DNA of 64,000 nucleotides, from positions 384,001-448,000 of the forward strand of contig JAVLKG010000001.1 of NCBI GenBank assembly GCA_032128875.1, in the 5' to 3' direction. Shown here piece after piece: positions 58,945 through 64,000 of the stretch. The DNA is from Candidatus Melainabacteria bacterium 17Bon1m. Its GTDB lineage: Bacteria > Cyanobacteriota > Vampirovibrionia > Obscuribacterales > Obscuribacteraceae. Made by a program: the position numbers and the translations under genes. Position 1 is the first letter of the stretch. Each line of letters begins with the position of its first letter. Below the pieces are notes generated by a model. That model was not told the origin of the DNA. It made no database searches and saw only the letters and a program-made list of their open reading frames with translations.

Positions 58945-59703
58945 ATGGAAACGAATCCGCGTCCTTGCATTGCAGTAGAAGGGCTGACTGGGTGTGCCGG
59001 TGAGCTTCTTGTGATATTGGAAAATCTTGATAAATTGCTTCCCTTTGTCAGGGTGGCGAGCTTTCCTTTTGCGCAGAGCCAAAATGATGATGGTCCCGTT
59101 GATATCGCTTTTGTGGAAGGAAGCGTCAGCCAGCCGCATGACTTGGAAAAACTAAAAAGAATCCGTGCTAAAGCAAGGTGGCTTGTTGCTGTCGGGAATT
59201 GCGCGGTCTGGGGTTGCGTACAAGGAGGCGCCTGCGCAAAATGCAAAGTCACCGAGATGCTCGAAGCGGTCTATGGACAGCACAGCGAGATTCAAGCTCT
59301 TGAGTCCAAACCCCTTGATGCATACGTCAATGTCGATGTGAAACTTTCCGGTTGTCCTATAGACAAAACACAGTTTTTGTCAGTCACTGCCAGTTTGCTG
59401 AAAGATCACCTGCCTTACATCACTCACAAACCTGTTTGCCTGGAATGCAAGCTGAAGGAGAATCCTTGTGTGTTGATTGAGAAAAACCTACCCTGCCTGG
59501 GACCCGTTACCGCAGCAGGATGCGGTGCCCTTTGTCCAAGCCTGGGCGCTGCCTGTTATGGCTGCTGGGGACCCAGCCAAGACCCGCAAATGGATGCTAT
59601 GGCAACGATACTAAGCGAGAAAGGTTATGAAGCACTGGAGATAATGAATAGACTTAAGACATTTGGAGCCCCGGCTCATCTTTTTGAACGTATGAATGTT
59701 TAG
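58945..59703 (+). CDS. Group 3b hydrogenase delta (small) subunit
   Basis: LTGCAGE, FVEGSV, GNCA, GCP, PVCLECK, CLGPVTAAGCGALCP, CYGCWG. Confidence 0.9.
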   Translation: METNPRPCIAVEGLTGCAGELLVILENLDKLLPFVRVASFPFAQSQNDDGPVDIAFVEGSVSQPHDLEKLKRIRAKARWLVAVGNCAVWGCVQGGACAKCKVTEMLEAVYGQHSEIQALESKPLDAYVNVDVKLSGCPIDKTQFLSVTASLLKDHLPYITHKPVCLECKLKENPCVLIEKNLPCLGPVTAAGCGALCPSLGAACYGCWGPSQDPQMDAMATILSEKGYEALEIMNRLKTFGAPAHLFERMNV

Positions 59704-59762
59704 GTGAATCCATTGGGATTCTTTTCATATAGACTTAATTGATTTGGGCGAAGGAAAGGCAC

Positions 59763-61064
59763 ATGAGCGACGTCGAAAAGAAGATCATTCAAATACCGGA
59801 AATTACCCGAGTAGAAGGTCATGCTGCTGTCGAAATAGACATTGAAGACGGTAATGTGAAAGACGTACGGCTTGACGTCTTTGAAGGTACGCGTTTTTTC
59901 GAGCGCATTGTTCTCGGCCATAAATACGACGAACTTGCGCATATAACATCGCGTGTTTGTGCCATATGTTCCACAGGGCACGTGCTTGCCGCCATATTTG
60001 CAGTAGAGCGGATCTTTTCTTTTACTCCAACTCCCATTGAAACGAAATTGCGCGAACTAATGCACTTGGGCATGATTATTGAATCGCATGCCACTCATGT
60101 TTGCGCTCTGGCCTTGCCCGACTTTTTAAAAACTCCTGATCTTGCATCTTTTGCCGGACAGCATAAAGAGAAATTTCTTCTCTGGACTCATCTGCGCAAT
60201 CTTGGCGCGGAAATTCAAACTGCTGTAGGAGGAAGACCTTTCCATCCAGTCAATTTGCATGTCTCAGGTTTGTCAAAAATTCCCTCAACCGCTTCATTAG
60301 AAGGTGTCAAAGCAGACCTTAAACGCTCGTTGGACGAAGCGATTTTACTGGCGGAACTGGTTTTATCTTTTGCGCCACCGGTAGAAAGACTGACGGAGCC
60401 ATATTTTTTAGCGCTCATTCCACACGACGACAAATACGGATACTTTGGCGAGACTATACAGTCGAGTGAAGGATGGCAGAGATCTTGCCAGGAATACAAA
60501 GAGTATCTGGACGAGCAGGTCGTTGAATATAGCCATGCGAAACGCTCACTGGTGAAAGGAAAGCCTGTGATGGTCGGTGCAATGGCCCGGTTGGCACTGT
60601 TTGGTAAAAGGCTTACAAGAGAAGCTCTGAATGTCTATCAGGAGACACCACTCTTCAAAGGCGACAGTAATTCCATATGGAACAATGCCGCCCAAGCAAT
60701 TGAAATAATCCAGGCAATCGAAAGAGCAATTGAAATCGTCGATGAAGTCGAGGCTCTTAAGAAAGAACAGTCTGCCGAGAAGAAGCCGCTCGAAATTGTT
60801 GCGGGAAGTGCCACTGGCGCCGTCGAATGTCCTCGCGGCACGCTTTATCACTATTACGAAATCGACGAAAACGGCGTCATTCGTGCGGCAGACATGATCA
60901 CGCCATCGGCGCAAAATACTGCCCGAATCGAACTGGACATCAAAGAAGTGGTCAGTCAAAGCAAAGAAAAAGAAATGCTCGGACCACATCTCGAAACGCT
61001 CGTAAGAGCCTATGATCCGTGCAACACCTGTGCCACCCACATGGTGGCAATCAACTGGAAGTAA
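59763..61064 (+). CDS. Group 3b [NiFe]-hydrogenase alpha (large) subunit
   Basis: TRVEGH, L1 SRVCAICSTGH, ECPRGTL, L2 RAYDPCNTCATH plus a short cleavable tail. Confidence 0.95.
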   Translation: MSDVEKKIIQIPEITRVEGHAAVEIDIEDGNVKDVRLDVFEGTRFFERIVLGHKYDELAHITSRVCAICSTGHVLAAIFAVERIFSFTPTPIETKLRELMHLGMIIESHATHVCALALPDFLKTPDLASFAGQHKEKFLLWTHLRNLGAEIQTAVGGRPFHPVNLHVSGLSKIPSTASLEGVKADLKRSLDEAILLAELVLSFAPPVERLTEPYFLALIPHDDKYGYFGETIQSSEGWQRSCQEYKEYLDEQVVEYSHAKRSLVKGKPVMVGAMARLALFGKRLTREALNVYQETPLFKGDSNSIWNNAAQAIEIIQAIERAIEIVDEVEALKKEQSAEKKPLEIVAGSATGAVECPRGTLYHYYEIDENGVIRAADMITPSAQNTARIELDIKEVVSQSKEKEMLGPHLETLVRAYDPCNTCATHMVAINWK

Positions 61065-61080
61065 TTAGAGGGGGTAAGAA

Positions 61081-62400
61081 ATGCTGCAGGAAACTCAGGA
61101 AAGAGGTTCTTGGATTAATGACTATCGAAGGAAAGTAGTCTCAGTCGATGAGGCTATGAAAGCAGTCAACTCTCTCGATCGCGTCTATGTTCATTCCAAT
61201 GCTGCAGCGCCTCAAGTTCTGCTTGAGGGGCTTGTCAGACGTGCTGACCAACTAACCGGTGTCAAAATCTATCAGCTTCTCACGCTTGGCAAGGCTGACT
61301 ATGCGCTGGCTAAATACAGCAATTCATTTTCCGTTAACTCATTTTTCATCGGAGCCAATGTCAGAGAAGCTGTCAACGCAGGACGAGCGGATTATATACC
61401 TGTTTTCTTGAGTGAAATACCGGGCTTATTCATGTCAGGTGAGATTCCACTCGATGTTTGCCTCCTGCAAGTATCCCCGCCCGATGCCCACGGGTTTTGC
61501 AGCTATGGAGTATCTGTTGATTGCACCATTGCGGCGCGAAAGAAATCGCGCCTAGTAATTGCTGAAATAAATAAACAGATGCCGCGCACTCTTGGCCGCT
61601 CGTTCGTTCATGTTTCGCGCCTCGATCACATTGTCGAGACAGACCATCCTCTTCCTGAACTCGCCTCGGAGACCGGCACAGCTGTCGAGCGCGCCATCGG
61701 TGCGAATGTTGCCACACTGATCGAAGACGGCGCCACTCTGCAGCTCGGCATTGGAGCAATTCCCAACGCTGTTCTTGCCAATCTGCATGAGAAGCGAAAT
61801 CTCGGCGTGCACAGTGAAATGTTATCTGATGGAGTCATTGATTTGATTGAAAGAGGCGTTGTCACCAACGATGCAAAAACTGTATTGCCAGGAAAAGTGG
61901 CAGTCTCCTTTGTGATGGGAAGCAAGCGCCTTTATGACTTTGTCGACAATAACCCGCTGGTTGAATTTCAGACCAGCGATTATATTAACGACCCGTTTGT
62001 GATATCACAAAACTACAAAATGACGGCCGTCAATTCCGCATTGCAAGTCGATGTAACAGGTCAAATTGCTGCCGACACCATAGGCAATGTTTTGTACAGC
62101 GGCTTTGGCGGACAAGTAGATTTCATTCGCGGGGCTGCCCGTGCCAAAGACGGAAAGGCAATTATCGCACTGCCTTCGACCGCCAAGGGTGGCAAGATAT
62201 CTCGCATCAGCGCCATGCTAAATCCAGCTTCAGGAGTGGTGACATCACGCGCCGACGTTCACTATGTAGTCACCGAATATGGTATTGCGCAATTGAGTGG
62301 AAAAACTTTGAAAGAAAGAGCGAAGGCGCTCATCTCAATAGCTCATCCTGATTTCAGGACCGAGATTGCTAGTCAGTGCGCAGCATATTCCTGGTATTGA
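61081..62400 (+). CDS. Acetyl-CoA hydrolase/CoA-transferase family protein
   Basis: VSPPDAHGFCSYG, LQLGIGAIP, LGVHSEM, SGFGGQVDFIRGA, VVTEYG. Confidence 0.93.
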   Translation: MLQETQERGSWINDYRRKVVSVDEAMKAVNSLDRVYVHSNAAAPQVLLEGLVRRADQLTGVKIYQLLTLGKADYALAKYSNSFSVNSFFIGANVREAVNAGRADYIPVFLSEIPGLFMSGEIPLDVCLLQVSPPDAHGFCSYGVSVDCTIAARKKSRLVIAEINKQMPRTLGRSFVHVSRLDHIVETDHPLPELASETGTAVERAIGANVATLIEDGATLQLGIGAIPNAVLANLHEKRNLGVHSEMLSDGVIDLIERGVVTNDAKTVLPGKVAVSFVMGSKRLYDFVDNNPLVEFQTSDYINDPFVISQNYKMTAVNSALQVDVTGQIAADTIGNVLYSGFGGQVDFIRGAARAKDGKAIIALPSTAKGGKISRISAMLNPASGVVTSRADVHYVVTEYGIAQLSGKTLKERAKALISIAHPDFRTEIASQCAAYSWY

Positions 62401-62409
62401 TTTTATTCA

Positions 62410-63801
62410 TCAAAGCTCGATTACGTCACCAATAGATGGCACGTCTGCTTTGACTTGAAAGCTTTCTTCTACCTTGAAGCGCAATTCATTGAGCTGATGC
62501 GGCTCTCCATGCGTGAGAAACAACTTGGTCTTGTGCCGTGCCAGAGGCTCCAGCCAGCGAAGCAGATCGTTTTGTCCGGCATGTGCGCTGAATCCTTGCA
62601 CAGACTTTATTTTCGCCCGTACAAAAACAGTCTGCCCCATTATCTTGACTGGATTTGCACCATCTATTAGTCGGCGCCCAAAAGATTCCCTAGCTTGATA
62701 GCCGACAATCAGAACAAGAGTATTCGGCAGACCGAGATTGTGCCTCAGATGGTGTAGTATGCGCCCTGCATCGCACATGCCGGCGCCGGCCATGATAAGG
62801 CAGGGACCCTCCACGTCGTTGAGAGCCTGTGATTCCAAGGCTGTGGTGCACAATTTCAAATTTGGCAGGTAATGATAGATATTGTCGCCCGAAAAAAAAT
62901 CTCTTGCGTCTTCGTCCAATAGATCGGTATGTCGAGAGTAAATCTGTGTGGCAGCAAGCGCCATGGGACTGTCGAGATAGACAGGTATTCGCTTCAATTC
63001 CCCTTTTCTGAAAAGGTCGAACAAATGAAACAACAGTTGTTGTGTTCGTCCAACAGCAAATGTCGGAACTAAAATTTTTCCTTTATTTTCAATTGCTTCA
63101 TTTATGCAATTCCTCAGCTCGGCTACTGTTTCTTCGTAGGGGGGATGGTTTCTTCCACCGTAGGTTGACTCCATAAAGACAGCATCTGCTCGGTCTATCT
63201 CCGCTGGATCGCGATTAAGAGGAATATCCCACTGCCCTAGATCTCCCGAAAATATAAGTCTTCGTTTGCCGCCGTTTTGACCAGCCACCATAATGACGCT
63301 TGAGGAGCCAAGAATATGCCCTGCTTCTACAAGTTCTACATTAGTCTCAGGCGCGACAGGAAACCATTTATTGTATTTTTGGGGAGAAAACAGTTTGAAC
63401 ACGCGCTCAACATCACTCAGATTGAACAATGGTTTTACTGCTTGTTGCCCTGCTTTTGCCCTTTTCCTGTTTTCTCTATCCGTATCGTCAACTTGTATTT
63501 TCGCCGCATCTGTAAGTATCAATCGCGCGATGTCCAGAGTCGCGTCTGTTCCGTAAATTTTCCTTTGAAATCCGTTTTTTACAAGAAGAGGTAAACGCCC
63601 GCAATGATCCAGGTGTCCGTGCGTTAACACCACGGCATCAAGCTCTTTGGGCTTGATAGATGCAGGAATGAAGTTTAAGCGCTCCAGGTGCTTTGAGCCT
63701 TGAAACATACCGCAGTCAACGAGCAATCGCGCATTGCCTGTCTCAATGAGATAGCAAGATCCCGTTACTTCGTTTGCGGCTCCATGCAGAGTTACAAACA
63801 T
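62410..63801 (-). CDS. MBL-fold beta-CASP nuclease (RNA-specificity domain)
   Basis: GAANEVTGSC, THGHLDHCG, AGHILGS, FSGDLG, MESTYG, FSAHAGQ, THGE. Confidence 0.93.
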   Translation of the reverse strand: MFVTLHGAANEVTGSCYLIETGNARLLVDCGMFQGSKHLERLNFIPASIKPKELDAVVLTHGHLDHCGRLPLLVKNGFQRKIYGTDATLDIARLILTDAAKIQVDDTDRENRKRAKAGQQAVKPLFNLSDVERVFKLFSPQKYNKWFPVAPETNVELVEAGHILGSSSVIMVAGQNGGKRRLIFSGDLGQWDIPLNRDPAEIDRADAVFMESTYGGRNHPPYEETVAELRNCINEAIENKGKILVPTFAVGRTQQLLFHLFDLFRKGELKRIPVYLDSPMALAATQIYSRHTDLLDEDARDFFSGDNIYHYLPNLKLCTTALESQALNDVEGPCLIMAGAGMCDAGRILHHLRHNLGLPNTLVLIVGYQARESFGRRLIDGANPVKIMGQTVFVRAKIKSVQGFSAHAGQNDLLRWLEPLARHKTKLFLTHGEPHQLNELRFKVEESFQVKADVPSIGDVIEL

Positions 63802-64000
63802 CTTCTTTATTTGAGGCTCGATAGATATTCGGCAATACTATCAATGTCTTTCTCACTCAGTGATGAAGGCGGCATAATCAGACCCCGTTCTCCATACTCT
63901 CTGCCGCTCTTTCCTAAAAGAAGCTCTGCATTGGATATACTCTCAGCCAGATAGTCCTTTTCATGCCGTGAGCCTATACCGTCAAAGGCTGGAGCGAATT

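Noticed and set aside
17935-64000. Mobile genomic island with defined boundaries
   Set aside because: No integrase, transposase, tRNA or flanking direct repeat was seen. 'Island' is used only in the functional sense.

Overview
Gene-dense bacterial chromosomal window. The style of the genes suggests non-photosynthetic Vampirovibrionia/Melainabacteria (Obscuribacterales-like), but that is inference only. 1-11.6 kb: lineage-specific signalling and orphan genes, namely a partial HAMP-PAS sensor, a protein with ten F[ND]PLDPxGL repeats, GTAG-type REP elements, an OmpR-type regulator, a cryptic papain-fold protease and two tandem Ser/Thr kinases. 11.6-17.9 kb: TetR plus a YbhG/F/S/R-like ABC exporter. 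About 17.9-63.8 kb: a roughly 46 kb hypoxia/NO/dormancy-type cluster. It contains an Rv0081-like ArsR and two divergent beta-carbonic-anhydrase-like genes facing an Ehr (Ni-less Hyf-like) complex; an NO module (Rrf2, rubredoxin-RIC fusion, di-haem cytochrome c, qNor, globin); a P-type ATPase, six USPs, HPF/RaiA, Hsp20, methionine gamma-lyase and a signal-less avidin-family protein; an erythromycin-esterase/hydrolase/PRTase trio; a full hyp set, a group 3b [NiFe]-hydrogenase, a CoA-transferase and a beta-CASP nuclease. The gene content closely parallels the mycobacterial DosR regulon, and a TCAT-N7/8-ATGA palindrome recurs in its intergenic regions. No rRNA, tRNA, CRISPR array, integrase or transposase was recognised. 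All calls come from reading motifs by eye, with no database searches.
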